Source: Chrysomallon squamiferum
Taxonomy: Eukaryota > Animalia > Mollusca
NCBI GenBank assembly: GCA_012295275.1
Contig: CM022676.1
Location: forward strand, 7,750,001-7,814,000
Direction of reading: 5' to 3'
Length of the DNA stretch: 64,000 nt
Under the pieces are notes generated by a model. It had not been told where the DNA came from. It searched no databases and saw only the letters and a program-made list of their open reading frames with translations. A program made the position numbers and the translations under genes. Positions 1-13,775 of the stretch are shown piece after piece (position 1 is the stretch's first letter; each line of letters starts with the position of its first letter).

Positions 1-15
1 TTATTATTATTGTTG

Positions 16-52
<37 letters not shown>

Positions 53-811
53 CTTATTATTATTGTTGTTGTTGTTGTTGATGATGTCTCCGTCATGTTG
101 TTTTACAGTTATTGTTGTTATTACTCTTGTATTTGCTGTTGTATTTGCTGTCTATTATTGCTATTATTGTTGCCTAATGTTGGAAACCAGTCTACTATCA
201 AACTCACATTTGATTTCTTTACACATACTGTGCACTGAACCGAAACAAAAAAAAAAACATAGCTAAAATGATCTTATTGAAATCACAATCTATGCATTTC
301 GTAAGGTTGTGTGTTTTCTTAGCCTGACACGACGAACTGGTGTATTTAAATGTGTTACTGTGACATTATGTGGTATATACGTAGTATGTAAGTTACAGAG
401 AATTAATTTCCTTATTAACACATCATTGCACGTGTTTTAAATTACTTGCAGTTAACTGCTTTGAGTTTCGTTGTTATTGTTACCGGGTTGTTCTATCATC
501 ATCATCATTATTTTTATTTATTGCTATTATCACTTCTCCGAGTTCTATTACAGCTAATACTACAGCTACAACAACAACAAGAACTACTACTACTACTGCT
601 ACTACTATTACTACTACTACTCTACTATATTATTGTATTGCTATATTACTCATGGCCGTCTTAAAAGTGTTATATACATATATAACCATTCACAGAAATA
701 AAATGGTAAATGGTCGATAAAATTAAACATATATTTATTGTTTTGAAACTTCCACCAGCAAAATCAGTTTTAAACATTAACAGATATTTACAGTTTAGTG
801 AAGTAAAATGT

Positions 812-850
<39 letters not shown>

Positions 851-915
851 TTGACAGCAAGTCATAATATACAGTGGGATCCCACAGTATAGTGTATACT
901 ACTATTACAACAACA

Positions 916-955
<40 letters not shown>

Positions 956-1239
956 TAATTCTTCCAGCTACTATTACTACTACTGCTACTATTACGACTA
1001 CGGTAAATTCTATAACTGTGTTTATTATTTTTGTTATTGATGTAGCTGAAGTTGATGTTATTATTATTATTGTTGTCATTTGAGGCTAATGTCACGTGAT
1101 AATCTTATCTTTCTTATTATTTGTATTTCTCTATTAATAGTTTAAATAAATAATAAATAATACATAAATAATAATAATAATAATAACATTAGTAATAATA
1201 TGTTATTATGCACTGACACTGTCGTTGAGACTGTGAAAT

Positions 1240-1364
1240 TTAGTTAGTTTCACTGTTATTCTCTGATTGGTTGTCAGAATTTATGTAGACACAGGTCTCT
1301 TCATTTTCTTGATCTATAAGTGAGGAGTATGGATCGGTGTCGCCCTCTGGTGGCGCTTCATTGG
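1240..1364 (-). CDS. Terminal cytoplasmic exon of Ig receptor, with tyrosine motifs
   Basis: tctattacAG acceptor, phase 1. Translates (A)NEAPPEGDTDPYSSLIDQENEETCVYINSDNQSENNSETN*, containing DPYSSL (YxxL) and VYIN (YxN). In frame with exon 1747-1769. Confidence 0.75.
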
Positions 1365-1746
1365 CTGTAATAGAAATAGAAGGATACCGTTAATTAGTTA
1401 CCAGTTAAAACGTTGGTAGCAAAATTTGATAAATAATGAAAAAAGATAAATGATAGATATTTGTAGATATACTTAAGGAGAGAATGATAGTAAAAGCAGT
1501 GATGGTGATGATGTTTATAATAATGACATAGTAATGACGGCAATGTCAATGACGACGACGATGTTGATAATGAGGATGATGAGGATGATGACAATGATAT
1601 GAAAATAACGGGAAAAAACCCCTGGAGGAATTTTAAAAATAATAAAACTAATCTATCGATGGATGGATGTACATATGTGTCTGTATAACTGCATGTGCAG
1701 GACACTTTATCTATAATTATTAAAAACCTAAATAAATTTAATTTAC

Positions 1747-1769
1747 CTTTGTCATCTACTTTATGGTTG
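1747..1769 (-). CDS. Short juxtamembrane cytoplasmic exon
   Basis: tttcAG ... GTAAAT. 23 nt, phase 2 to phase 1, (S)NHKVDDK. Exactly bridges the phases of the TM exon and the terminal exon. Confidence 0.65.
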
Positions 1770-1992
1770 CTGAAATTATAAATATCGAAAATTAATTAAC
1801 AACAGGACAAGTAGAAATACATATAGGCAATTTTAATCATAAAATAGGCTAAAATTATATAAATACAGACGTCATTAATTAATTACTAAAGGCTAAACAT
1901 TTCTCGCTTGCTGTTGACCATTAGTTTATCCAAAATCTAGCTGTTTGCTTCTGAGTAAAACAAAATCCACTATAATTTTAATTTTTGTTCAC

Positions 1993-2101
1993 CTTTTAAC
2001 TTTTCTGAACCGGATAACTTCACCAACAAAAACAACAACAACAAGCACGGCGACAGGAATACCAATAGCCAACCCTTCTCTATTATGAGTGTTACTTTGA
2101 T
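1993..2101 (-). CDS. Transmembrane exon (TM-b) of Ig receptor
   Basis: ttttAG ... GTGAAC. (Y)QSNTHNREGLAIGIPVAVLVVVVFVGEVIRFRKVK: hydrophobic span followed by a basic stop-transfer motif. Confidence 0.75.
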
Positions 2102-2399
2102 CTAAAAATAAAATAAAAATGAATTAGGCAATTATTTATATATGTTTTAAGTCGTGAGAATCTTTAGGTTGCGCGAATGCGTGTGAATGCGTGCGTGCGT
2201 GTTTATGTTGTCAGAGATTATAATAACAAAAAATTTAATAAAAAACATTTTAAAAGAACAGTATCTCTGTTAACACAACCACTACTGCTATTGCTGTTAC
2301 GATACTACTATTACTACTGCTATTAGTATAATGACTACAACTACCGCTGTTACTACAAACTACTCTACGTCTACTACTACTTCTCTTACTAAAGCTACG

Positions 2400-2590
2400 G
2401 CTTAACTGCTGTTTCTTTCGTATCTGGGGGTTGTCGCTATACACGTGTAAAAGCCATTTTCTGATTTGCTATTAATATCAGCCAATGAGACAACACTGTT
2501 ATTACTTATCACGTGACCTGTGACCTGCCATTCATAGTCACATGTCAGGAAAAATATCGCAGAATATATCACAGTGACAGACAAAACGGA
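2400..2590 (-). pseudogene. Degenerate C2/I-type Ig exon fragment
   Basis: VTVIYSAIFFLTCDYEWQVTGHVISNNSVVSLADINSKSENGFYTC aligns with the 12157-12417 exon. First Cys lost, 5' part missing, frame drifts at the 3' end. Confidence 0.7.
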
Positions 2591-3214
2591 TTTAGTGAGT
2601 GGCGAGGAAAGGAAAATGTTCATCCCTTATATTGCTAAAATTGGCATGCACTCAATTACAAATGGTGCTCTTGGTCTCTCAGTGGATATACTGAGGCAGG
2701 TTGTCAGTTTAGTCTGACTGTTTTTGCTTCAAATCCAAGAAAAACAAAATCTGAGTTAACTCAAAAGTTTCTAATGATAAGGCCAATGAGTGCCTGCCTC
2801 TTAATAGTATGACGTCTTTAGGTCAAATGACAACACAAAGGTTAATAAAATCTAACCGTATCTGGCCTACAAAACAAACATACTTCCAAAGAATGAGCGA
2901 AATATTCCTTTGATCCTTAATTTCTTTTCAGCAGTTTATTATTTATAGTTCTTCAGTAGGTAGGTAATTTGTATTTGCTATTATTAATATACCTTCAGAG
3001 AGTAGGTAATTATTTATTTGCTATTGTTAAATTATCTTCAATTAAAACGGTAACTTTTACTGCTATTGATTATTTCTTGCATATGTGCATACTAAATAAA
3101 ACATACTATATAAGCGCACAGACACATACACACGTAGATGCACACATATGGGTATGCATATACAGACATACATCCATACAAATATGGATATAAATATGGA
3201 TCATTGAAATAAAG

Positions 3215-3245
<31 letters not shown>

Positions 3246-3648
3246 CATACATACATACATACATAATTAAATACATACAACATACACGTACATAAATTAC
3301 ATTACATTATATTAAATCACACGCACAGACACATATGAATTTACACCTTGATATACATACTGACAAACACACTTCAGACTTCGGATTACTGGCAATGTTA
3401 CATATTAACGTAACATTTAGTTTATTCTTCCTTGCAAAGTTAGTTAAACCTTTAATTATCGCAGTCGACGTAATCTATCTATCAACGTATATTGGTCTAT
3501 CAGTCTATCAGTCTATCTATCTATCTATATATATATATCTATCTATCTATCTGTGCATCAGTTTATCTTCCTGTTTTGATATTTTTTAATAAACATTTTA
3601 TGATCTGTATTCAAAATTAAATACAAAATAAAATGAATTAAAACTCAC

Positions 3649-3909
3649 ACTTAACATTAATAATAATTTTAGTATGTGCTGTTTGGTTCGTATCCGGATT
3701 AACAGCAGTGCATGTGTAGACGCCATCTTGAAATCTCGTGATACCAGCCAGTGCTAGTAGTCCGTTCTTACTGACAATCTGATTGGTCAGTTCCCATCTG
3801 TAAAGGCATTTGATAAAACAATCAGCTTTGCATGATATTGTGACGTTATTTCCTTCCTTTACTGTGATGTTAGATGAAGAATTGACTCGAAGTGAGCTGC
3901 CGGGACCGT
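3649..3909 (-). CDS. C2/I-type Ig domain exon (C2-b)
   Basis: ttttcacAG ... GTGAGT, 261 nt, phase 1-1, open: GPGSSLRVNSSSNITVKEGNNVTISCKADCFIKCLYRWELTNQIVSKNGLLALAGITRFQDGVYTCTAVNPDTNQTAHTKIIINVK. Has the C...W...DxGxYxC signature. Confidence 0.85.
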
Positions 3910-4821
3910 CTGTGAAAAATACACAGAAAAAAAAAAAAACGGAGAAAAAATCAAAGACGTTGTCAACATCATTATCATCATCATCTTCTTCGTTTCTGTC
4001 AGATTTTTATTTCATTCTTACTCACAGTAGAAATTATAGGGTTGCTCATATTGTTGGTTACGGATGTTGTCCTTCAACTCACGTTTGAGTTGTTTCTGTA
4101 GGCATTATAATTACTGCTTTTCAAACTATTATTTATTATTTATTATTTTATTTTATTTTTTTTTTTTTTTTTTTTTTTTTTTTAGTTTAGTTGGGGTTTT
4201 TCTTGGGTTTTTTTGTTGTTGTTGTTGTTTTGGGTTTTTTTTTTTTAAATATTTTGCTGATTTCAATATATAAATAAATAAAATAATAAATAAAAATGCA
4301 TACGTTAGTGTATACGTACATGTCTGTTTAATCATATAATTATCCCCTGACCACTTTTCAGCACGACGAACACTTGTTTAAACCAACGGTAGTCAACGCC
4401 TCCCACGCCATTCACGTGCACTCCAAGGCGGACGACGTTTCTCAGTGGTGTCTATACCTGTATGTATGTTTTTAAAATCCTGTACAAACCGAACACAATA
4501 GAAATAATATGCTACACTATAACTTGACAGAAAGAGTATCATGTGCTTTGAATTAATTTTTTGTCCGTCTTCTTTCATACATGGCTGGTTTTGAATAGAG
4601 TGTAGAGCTACAAAACACCAGCGTAAAACTGATCATGTCATGACATAACGTAAGAAACAAACCTCAACAAACAGCCATGTTACCTAGGTTATGTCTCCTA
4701 ATTTATTATGTAATTATCACCTGAAAACATTTCTTATAATTAAAAATACATACGCGCACTTACATACATACATACAAACCTATATACATACGCAGATATA
4801 TATATATATATATACACACAC

Positions 4822-4856
<35 letters not shown>

Positions 4857-5126
4857 TACATATATATATATCTGTGTGTGTATGTATGTTTGTATGTATG
4901 TATGTGAGTAAGTGCGCGTGTGTATTTTATTATTAATACAATGAATTTATGATTACCTTGATGGGTTAACTCAATTTGCATGTATAATATGTATGTATGT
5001 ATATATGTGTGTGTGTATATTTAAGAATTGATTGTGTATATATATATATATACACACACACACATATATACATACTTACATATTATACATGCAAATTGAG
5101 TTAACCCATCAAAGTAATCATGAATT

Positions 5127-5201
<75 letters not shown>

Positions 5202-5989
5202 TATATACATACATACATATTATACATGCAAACTGAGTTAACCCATCAAGGTAATCATGAATTCGTTGTATTAATGGGTACAATATCTGCCTGTTGTTAC
5301 ACAGTCACATGGGTAATACATCAGTTAACGAAATTTGGACTATTTATCCAGGTTTTCTGCTTTACAGGTCATAGGCGTATCCATACATACACACACACAC
5401 ATACACGGAGAGATCTACTCATACAGACACACACACACAGATATCCAAACACACATACATATACCGACACAAAGACATACACATAAATATACACACACAC
5501 GCACACACACAAACATGCACCGAGACAGAAACAAACACACGCATAAATAGAAGCAGACATACATATATACACAAACAGACACAAACACACACACAAAGAT
5601 GAAAACATACAATACACAGCCAAACACACATCCAGAGAAATATACACTCAGACCTACATACATATATGTTTAACAAGACACCCAAGAATGCCTACTTCTC
5701 TTTGTAGTTATAATAACTAGTACACGACCACCTCCTATAAATATCACTGGATCCGTCTCTCATACGACTTTTGCAAGTTTAATTCAGGACGTTATAAAGC
5801 TGCCGCATATGAAAGATTATTTACACCAGTAAATCTGTTTGTCCTGCAATAGCAAATGTATCCGTGACATAAAAAACTTAAAGAGTACAGAAAGTGTAGT
5901 GTATTCTTCAGTGTTTGGACAAAGGAGACAAGTAAAAAAAATAATAATAATAATAATTTACTTACTATGTAAAGAAAAAAAAATATATA

Positions 5990-7700
5990 TATATAGTCGC
6001 GGACACAGAAACAAACTTGTTTTATGATAAACTTCAGTAATATATTTAATAAAACATCGTACAGAGTAGTTTAGTAGTTACATCAGTTCCATTTATTACG
6101 TCTCCTATCTTATTTCCTGTTCTAACTCATCGCTCATAATTCGTTTAATCCACTGTCTATCATTGTAATCATTGTTACAAAAGCAGCAGTATTTAGATTC
6201 TTTTTTTCAATACGTCCTCTTCCTGAGTAACTTTTAAGTCTTTGTAATACGTAAAATCAACTGTGTACATCTCCTGTACATTTCTAGAAGTATCAAAAGC
6301 GGACAAAAAAAAAATAAAAATAAAAATAAAAACATTTCAAGACAAAGGAGGTAATTTTACTTATTTATTCAAAGCCATATTTTAGTAATGCATTTGTATT
6401 CAAAGTTATCAAAGTGTACAGATAATAGTGATTAGATTAGATAATTTATAATTTGCTCCCAGCCCTTCCGTTCTTTTTGTGTTTTATAAATATAGTGTGC
6501 AAAAACACTAAAGGTGTATAACAATAATTCTACATCACAATATCCCACACAAGTCGATTCATTATAACTTACAAACACACTTTAGAAGGGTGCAGATGAA
6601 AACAATGAATGCAGAGCTGACGTTTTTTTTTTTTTTTTCTTTATTATTATTATTTATTTATTATTCTAGTCAACAACATCGCTGTGCAGTCCATCGTATG
6701 CCCAAAATTCTTGAAGATGATGATTTTTTCGATGCGGATGTTTACATTAGTCTCCAGCTGACAGTTCAGAATCTGATGAAAATAGAGGTTTTGTTCATTA
6801 CTTAAATCATCCAGAGATTTTTGTTGAAGCAGAAGTAAATGTGTTTCAAAGCGCTGGTTGCAGACAAATAATAGAAATGTCACTGAATCTGAGTATTAAC
6901 ACGTTTCTTCAGAATCAACAGATCGGGACACAGCTAAGAAAACAAGACCAAGCAGAACAGTCCTGACAAGAAAATTAAATCTATGCTGCATGACCATCAA
7001 CAGAGTTTGTTTAGAGACGAAGAGATCACCAAACACATAAATACAACAACTTTGACCTGCAAAGAAGATCCAGCTTTTTCAAACACATCTCGTGTACTGT
7101 GGAACTGTTTCACCTATTCTTGTTATGGACTCTACTGATCACCAGACAAAGCTGTAAGCATTAAAGTGGTAATCATAGTTTCGATACCAATAAACATGTC
7201 ATCAGGATCTTCCTGGCAATTCTGGTTTGATCTGACTATAATACTTTGTTTTGTCATCCATTGTATTGGAAAAGAAGTATAACAATCGATCTTCGCGGGT
7301 TAAACATTTCTTGCCTTAAAATCCCAAAAATATCAGACAGGACAAAGAAGAACATTTCACCAGTTAAAACATGCAGAGGCAGAAACAATATTTAAAAAAC
7401 CATGATGCACACTGTAATACATTTAAACGCAATCCAAGCCGTTTATTTCAAAATGAAAAACCAGTTCGTACGTACTCCTCAAACTTCTATAAAATTATCA
7501 TAAAATCATCATATAGAATGGTGTTGAACTGAATATAAAAATACGAAAAAGCCAAAAGTATCACCAAAACATGATGCTTTGTATAGATACGGGTTACCAG
7601 ACACTAGAGCGTCATTTCTTGTTAGTACAGAAAACTAAATATAGTTTTATTCTGCCACTGATAACCAGGAATTTCATTTCTCATGTCACTTTTATACGAG
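5990..7700. repeat. About 1.7-kb decayed segment, copy 1 of 4
   Basis: Collinear shared blocks (tagtttagtagttacatcagtt, atcccacacaagtc, caaagcgctgg, cttcagaatcaa) recur at about 36.8, 42.7 and 54.5 kb. No intact ORF. Confidence 0.75.
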
Positions 7701-8035
7701 AAAACAGACACCTTCATGACGTCACGATCTTACGTCAGAGAAATAAAATGTGCGAATGTGTGAAAATAGACACTTTTATGACGTCACGATCTTACGACAG
7801 AGAAATAAAATGTGCGAATGTGAGCAATGTTTCACTTTTTTTCACATCGATGTCTCAGTTAATTTTATATCCCGAGATTTTAACGTAGTTACAGTCACAG
7901 TTCACACAAAGGTAATCAATTGCAGAATTTCGAGATTAGCAATTCATTCAAATGTTCAAAACTTTTCTCCTAGGTAGATATTTACACAGTTCAGTTCTGT
8001 ATGATTAACAATTAGTACTTGTTTTCTTCTTTATC

Positions 8036-8131
8036 ATTCATCAACATCAGTTCGTTCACTTTCAACCTTGATCTTGTCAAGAAGATTATCCTGTGAATCG
8101 TGATGTTCATCTGCTTTCGCAGTCTGTTAAT
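8036..8131 (-). pseudogene. Diverged copy of the tail exon with an immediate stop
   Basis: Same atgtttcAG acceptor context as the array exons. Phase-1 reading gives (N)-TAA at 8127-8129. The remainder QTAKADEHHDSQDNLL has no tyrosine motifs. Confidence 0.6.
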
Positions 8132-8288
8132 CTGAAACATGGAATGAAATTATGTTTCGTTTAGTCTGTTAGTGCATTCATGAGGGTGTGTGTGTGTGTG
8201 TCCATATTAATATGCATGTAAGATTTTTTTGTATATATATATAAATATATGTTGTATGCATGCATATATGTATGTATGTGTGTAAATG

Positions 8289-8322
<34 letters not shown>

Positions 8323-9239
8323 TGTATGTGAATCATATATTATAATATATACATTGATACAATAATCAAACGACGGACAATGAAATGCAAACACACATAC
8401 GTATACATTACAGATAATCTGTATAATTAAGTAATGTGTATATTACCTGAAATATGCTTCACTAATTTATACGGATTACCTGAAACGTGCAGCATGGCAG
8501 TAAGAAGGTTGTAATACGACTAAAAGAATAACCACAAACAATAACATGCTGGTAATCTCTGTTGAAGTTCTCATCAACAGCAGCTGTTATTTATTCATTG
8601 CGTTGTGCATTTACTTAACATAATGTAGTCACTTGTTTACAATGTTCCGCGAACACGTCTTCGCTTGAGTAAAATGTGTTAACCTTTCAACAAAACCAGA
8701 GGCCCAGGCCTGAGGTTCACGAATATATAGAAATAATAATAATACAGCCATAGGCCTAGTGCATGAATAAATTCACTTCCAAATCATCGCCCTAGAAAGA
8801 TAAAAGACAGACCTACGTGACCGAGAAGTAGCCAATCGTGCACACATTACAGGAAAGCGATGACCGTAAAGCGATCTGCCCAAGGCGAAACAACTACACA
8901 TCACACCCTAGCACTTCTGCTTATATTTTCTGGTCATAGGATTCGCTGTGCATATCTTCTAGCGCTGTACGAAAAATAAAACTGCAAAAGCGTGGCCGAA
9001 ATCATAATTTCCGTGTTGTATCAAAACCCATCTTTGTACTGAATATATGCAGAAATAAGTCACTTGACATTAGATCCTTGAACTGTTTTGATACCTACCG
9101 CTAAAATAACTTTAGTCGATGGGTTTTCATTCGAAGAACAAACAAAATTAATGATGAACTTTTCGTCCCTCTTTAAAATAATGCACTGGTTAATTACAAT
9201 ATCAATGACGGGTAAGGAGTAAGTGCGCATGCGGGAATG

Positions 9240-9650
9240 TCAGAAAGTCACCAGGCACTGCACATTGAAGCATTTACATCGCTTTGTCTGACACCTCAAA
9301 CTTCCAGCACAGTTAAATCTTGTGAAATCTTGTCCACCCCGCATCTTCGCTCCAGTTGCACAGCTTGACGCAGGGAAATGTCCTCATCTGTACAAACATT
9401 ATCGATGAATAAAATCCCTTATCACACACATCAAACTGATTTCTAGGATACTTTCGATCCACTATTCCCCCTTTTACAAAAATTGTGTACAGCTCGTTGT
9501 CACTGCATGTCTGTCACAAATCCAGTGATATTCCGAGGATCTGGATGTCCTCTGTCACTGAAGGAATCGGCACTGTCACATTGCTTCCGATTTCCGCAGT
9601 AGAAAACACAATGCGACTTCGTTTGACCATTTTTTTGCCTGCTGGAACTA
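9240..9650 (-). mobile_element. Ginger/KRBA2-SCAND3-like integrase C-terminal fragment, frameshifted
   Basis: Frameshifted translation KMVKRSRIVF..EIGSNVTVPIPSV/DRGHPDPRNITG..NELYTIFVKGGIVDRKYPRNQFDVC..ISLRQAVQLE..GGQ.F..NCAGSLRCQTKRCKCF resembles the KRBA2/SCAND3-type C-terminus (recognised from memory, not searched). Confidence 0.75.
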
Positions 9651-9738
<88 letters not shown>

Positions 9739-10148
9739 GAGATACATTTATTCTGATGTTAGTGCCCAAACACAATTAAAACTATCATCAAACCTTCTTG
9801 TATTTCAAATTTTTCCTTCTGTAATTTTTTTAAATGCACAGGTTTAATGGCTCTTTTTAAGGTAATTCTGTAAATTACGCTGGATTTATCTCCACTTTAC
9901 TCTAGAGGTAAGTGTGATTAAAATACGTAACAAAATAAATAGAGGAACAAAGAAACAAATAAACATACAAATAATAAAGAAACAAACGGATGAACAAATG
10001 GATGAATAAATAAAGAAAGAAAAATAGAAAATATAATAAAAGAAAAAGAAACCAAGAAAAAAAACAAGAAACAAAACACTAGAAAGAAACAAAGAAAGAA
10101 ACAAAGGAAGAAACAAACAAACAAACAAATAAATAAATAAATAAATAC

Positions 10149-10262
10149 TTCTTTTTCGTTGGACGTAGATTACAGCGGCAGTGATTACAATAACAAGCAG
10201 AAGGCAAATTCCAAAACACGTGAAAAATCCTTTCCAAAATTGACTGCTGTCTTGCACAGGAC
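10149..10262 (-). CDS. Transmembrane exon (TM-a) of Ig receptor gene 1
   Basis: ttttcAG ... GTATTT, 114 nt, phase 1-1: PVQDSSQFWKGFFTCFGICLLLVIVITAAVIYVQRKR. Confidence 0.8.
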
Positions 10263-10647
10263 CTGAAAATTCATTAAAAAAAAAAAGATGTGAGATAAAT
10301 TAATATATACTATTCACAGGATGCTAACAGTGAAAAATATTTGTAGAAATAAAAATAGGCTAATGTGCTGGAATTGTGACGACTAATGGCAAATTATTTA
10401 TTTGATATCTGAAGAACAGAAAACAACAACAAAAACTTTGCTTAGAAACTTGGTTACTGTTCAGATGCAGGAAGTCATGCACCCCATCCATCCCCCAAAA
10501 AAAATAAAAAATGATGTTCTGACACGTAGTAAAAGCGTCAGTGACTGGTGTAGCCATCATTTTCATTCTTATTTTCTTTACAACGTTAGTGCATCCTGTT
10601 AACCAGGCGCTGGAAATAACAATGAGGAATCGCTTGACATTCTGCAA

Positions 10648-10860
10648 CTAATTCCTGATCCATTTGCTGGAGGTTGACGACAGGGACGTGACGTCATCCA
10701 ACTCGCCGCCCTTGTTCATTCCACACATGCTCTCTGGGTGACAAGTCTGGTGAATATGCACGTGCTGAACGTTCTGCTGCTGTTGAAAGGACTTGGTCAC
10801 CACCCTGGCACGATGAGGTCTTGCGTTGTCGTCGTGGAACCAAGCTCGTGGAACCAGTCC
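10648..10860 (-). mobile_element. Tc1/mariner transposase fragment
   Basis: FHDDNARPHRARVVTKSFQQQ corresponds to the QxDNAxPH second-D motif of Tc1 DDE transposases. Confidence 0.65.
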
Positions 10861-11695
10861 GCTGAGTTGTCGTTCAACCATCCTCAAATTTAAAGTGATG
10901 ATGAAACGAAAACTCTCATCCCTTACACAGCTAAAATTAGCATGCATTAAACTACACTAGTGCTAAACACGCGCAAATTCTACACGAAGTTTCACAGCGG
11001 GTGTATCGAGCTACGCTGTCAGTTTAGTCTCAATACGTTTTTACTTCAAATCCAAGGAAAAGAAATCTCAGTTGATTTAAAAGGTGTCTAAACATAAGGT
11101 CAATGATTGCATTCCCCTTAATAATGTGATGTCTTTAGTCTAAATGACTACACGAAGGTTAATATTGTAACTGTATCAGGCAGGCATAAAAAAAAACAAA
11201 AAAAAAAAATCTTACTTCCAAAAATGATCAAAAAATTCCTTTGACCCTTAATTTCTTTTGAGCAGTTTATTATTTATACTTTTTCACTATGTACGAAATA
11301 TGTATTTGCTATTATTAATAAATCTTCAGAGAGTAGGTAATTATTTATTTGCTATTGTTAAGATATTTTAAGTTAAAACAGTAACTTTTTTTGGTATTAA
11401 CTATGTCTTCAGTAACAAACGTACATATGTCCATATTACATAAACACATATTTTTTATAAGCACACAGACACATACGCACGTACATGCACACATTCATAT
11501 ATGTGTGAATATATATATGAATTTACACCTTGATATATATAAATATACTAACATTCATATAGAGTTTGCATTACAAATATACATGAATATACACCTATGC
11601 ATAAATATACTGAAACATATATATATATGCATAAACACACACACAAACACATATATACTGACTTATACATACTTAAACACATACATACATTATAT

Positions 11696-11733
<38 letters not shown>

Positions 11734-12156
11734 TTTACACCTTGATATACATAAATATACTGAAACACACGCACTTCAAATCTAACTACCTATCTGTCTA
11801 TCTATCTACATATCTATATATTATATAAGGATCATTTGGGCAGGTACCCGAAGAATCGGCGGTCTTGAAATTAAATTACAAACAGTAAACACGCCCGCGC
11901 ACGCCCACCCCCTGGCACGCGCACACACACAACCACATACACACACACTCACACACAAATACAAACACACGCACACAAACACAGATCCATAATGTAATCG
12001 ATAGCGTATCAAGGTGAGTCAGACATTAACTGGATATTCGCACATAAAACGTTTATCGTTGGTTTCCTTATGTGTTAGACACACATCTCTAACAAATATT
12101 AAGTTGTTTGTTTAATTTATCATTCCTGTATTTACTGTTACTAATTTCTTACTTAC

Positions 12157-12417
12157 ATTGTACAATCAAATGAAGTTTTCTGTTGGCAGTTTGTTTCGTA
12201 TCTGGATTTTCAGCCGTACACACATAGAAACCTGATTGTGATATTTTAATATTAGCCAATGAGAGAATGCTCGTGTTACTTATGACGTCATCTACGCGCT
12301 TCCACTGATATTTACATGTGATGAAACACGTCGCCGAACAATCCACTGTGACGTCACTTCCTTCCACCACAATCACAACAGACGAAGTATTCAGCTTGAG
12401 TGATGTTCCAGGACCAT
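12157..12417 (-). CDS. C2/I-type Ig domain exon (C2-a) of gene 1
   Basis: tttttAG ... GTAAGT, 261 nt, phase 1-1: DGPGTSLKLNTSSVVIVVEGSDVTVDCSATCFITCKYQWKRVDDVISNTSILSLANIKISQSGFYVCTAENPDTKQTANRKLHLIVQ. Confidence 0.9.
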
Positions 12418-13154
12418 CTAAAAAAAAGTTATCAATATCATCATCATCGCCGATATCTTCATCATTGTTGTTATATTTTTGTTTTATTCTTACTGATAGT
12501 GGCAATTATGAATGTTGTCGTTGCAGTGGGTTGTGATGATGAAGTATTTGAGTTGTTGCTGTTCATATCATAATTACTATTACTGTCACTACCATTTGTT
12601 TATTTATTCATTTATTTAATATTTTTGCTGTTTAAAATAATAATAAGAAGAAGAACATAAAATAAAATAAAATAATAAATAAAAATAAAAATATTATATA
12701 TCTTGATATGTACACATAGGTATCATCTTCAAATATGTAAGTTAGTGTATAAGTATCTGCTTATTCATATATTTATGCTGGACATTCTTTCAGGTAAATA
12801 TATAAACTTACTTAAATGTTAAAATATAATAATAATTTTTATTATCTGTAATTATAACCTTTTAGGATAAAAGTATTTCACCTATGATTTCAACTAATAT
12901 TTTGCTTTATTGAGATGTATTGTTTAGAAAGCATTAAAAGTGCATTACAGACATAAAACTGAATATACCTCTTAATTACAGTATTGTTATATTTTACGGA
13001 GTTTATTGTTTTGTCATCATTATCAGTACATAATTCCTACGATGTTAAATTTAAAATTGATTTTACCTCTCACTTAAAGTTTTATTACATTGCTGTTTTA
13101 CAGGATATCTAATAGGTACAGTAATAATATTAACAATAAATAAGTTAATTTTAC

Positions 13155-13463
13155 CTCTCACTTCAAGTTTTATTTCATTGCTCTGTCCTCCATCATCTCC
13201 ACATTTCCACACTGTTCTATGTTGACTGAGTTTGACAGATTTTATGGTGAGAGTGTTTATAGCAACTGAACAGTTAAAAATGTATTCTTCTGGAATTTTA
13301 CTACGAAAATAACAATGACCGTCTGTATATCCTCTATTCATCCTGTATTCTGTTGTATCCATAGACCAGATTATATCAGGATAACAGTTTCCTTGACATG
13401 TAAAAGTAAAAGGTGATCCAACAACTGCATACCTCTCTGATGTTGTTAAACTGTGATATTGAC
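13155..13463 (-). CDS. N-terminal V-like Ig domain exon of gene 1
   Basis: aagAG ... GTAAAA, 309 nt, phase 1-1, open: GQYHSLTTSERYAVVGSPFTFTCQGNCYPDIIWSMDTTEYRMNRGYTDGHCYFRSKIPEEYIFNCSVAINTLTIKSVKLSQHRTVWKCGDDGGQSNEIKLEVR. Confidence 0.88.
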
Positions 13464-13739
13464 CTTCTTTTAAAAAAAAAAATAAAAAAAATAAAAAATA
13501 TATATATATAAAATAAAAATAGTAACAATTAAATTAATAAATAATAATTTAAAAAATATATTATTAAAATTATAAAAATTATTATTATTAATTTTGTTTA
13601 TGATTGCTACGTTACGTTGTGTTCTTATTTGTATTATTATATATTATTATTATTCTTTATTACAGAATTTAATTTTGTATTGTATTATGTTACTTTATGT
13701 TAGGTAACACTGTGTTGTGTGTGTGTGTGTGTGTGTGTG

Positions 13740-13775
<36 letters not shown>

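Noticed and set aside
4935-5275. Three copies (one inverted) of an approximately 50-bp unit within a TA/CA microsatellite
   Set aside because: Typical microsatellite-associated local duplication with no functional signature.
12340-13720. RAG-type recombination signals around V exons (CACAGTG/CACTGTG at about 2570, 12344, 13708, 57982)
   Set aside because: Isolated heptamers with no 12/23-spaced nonamer and not at V ends. The V exons are complete with their own G strand and donor.
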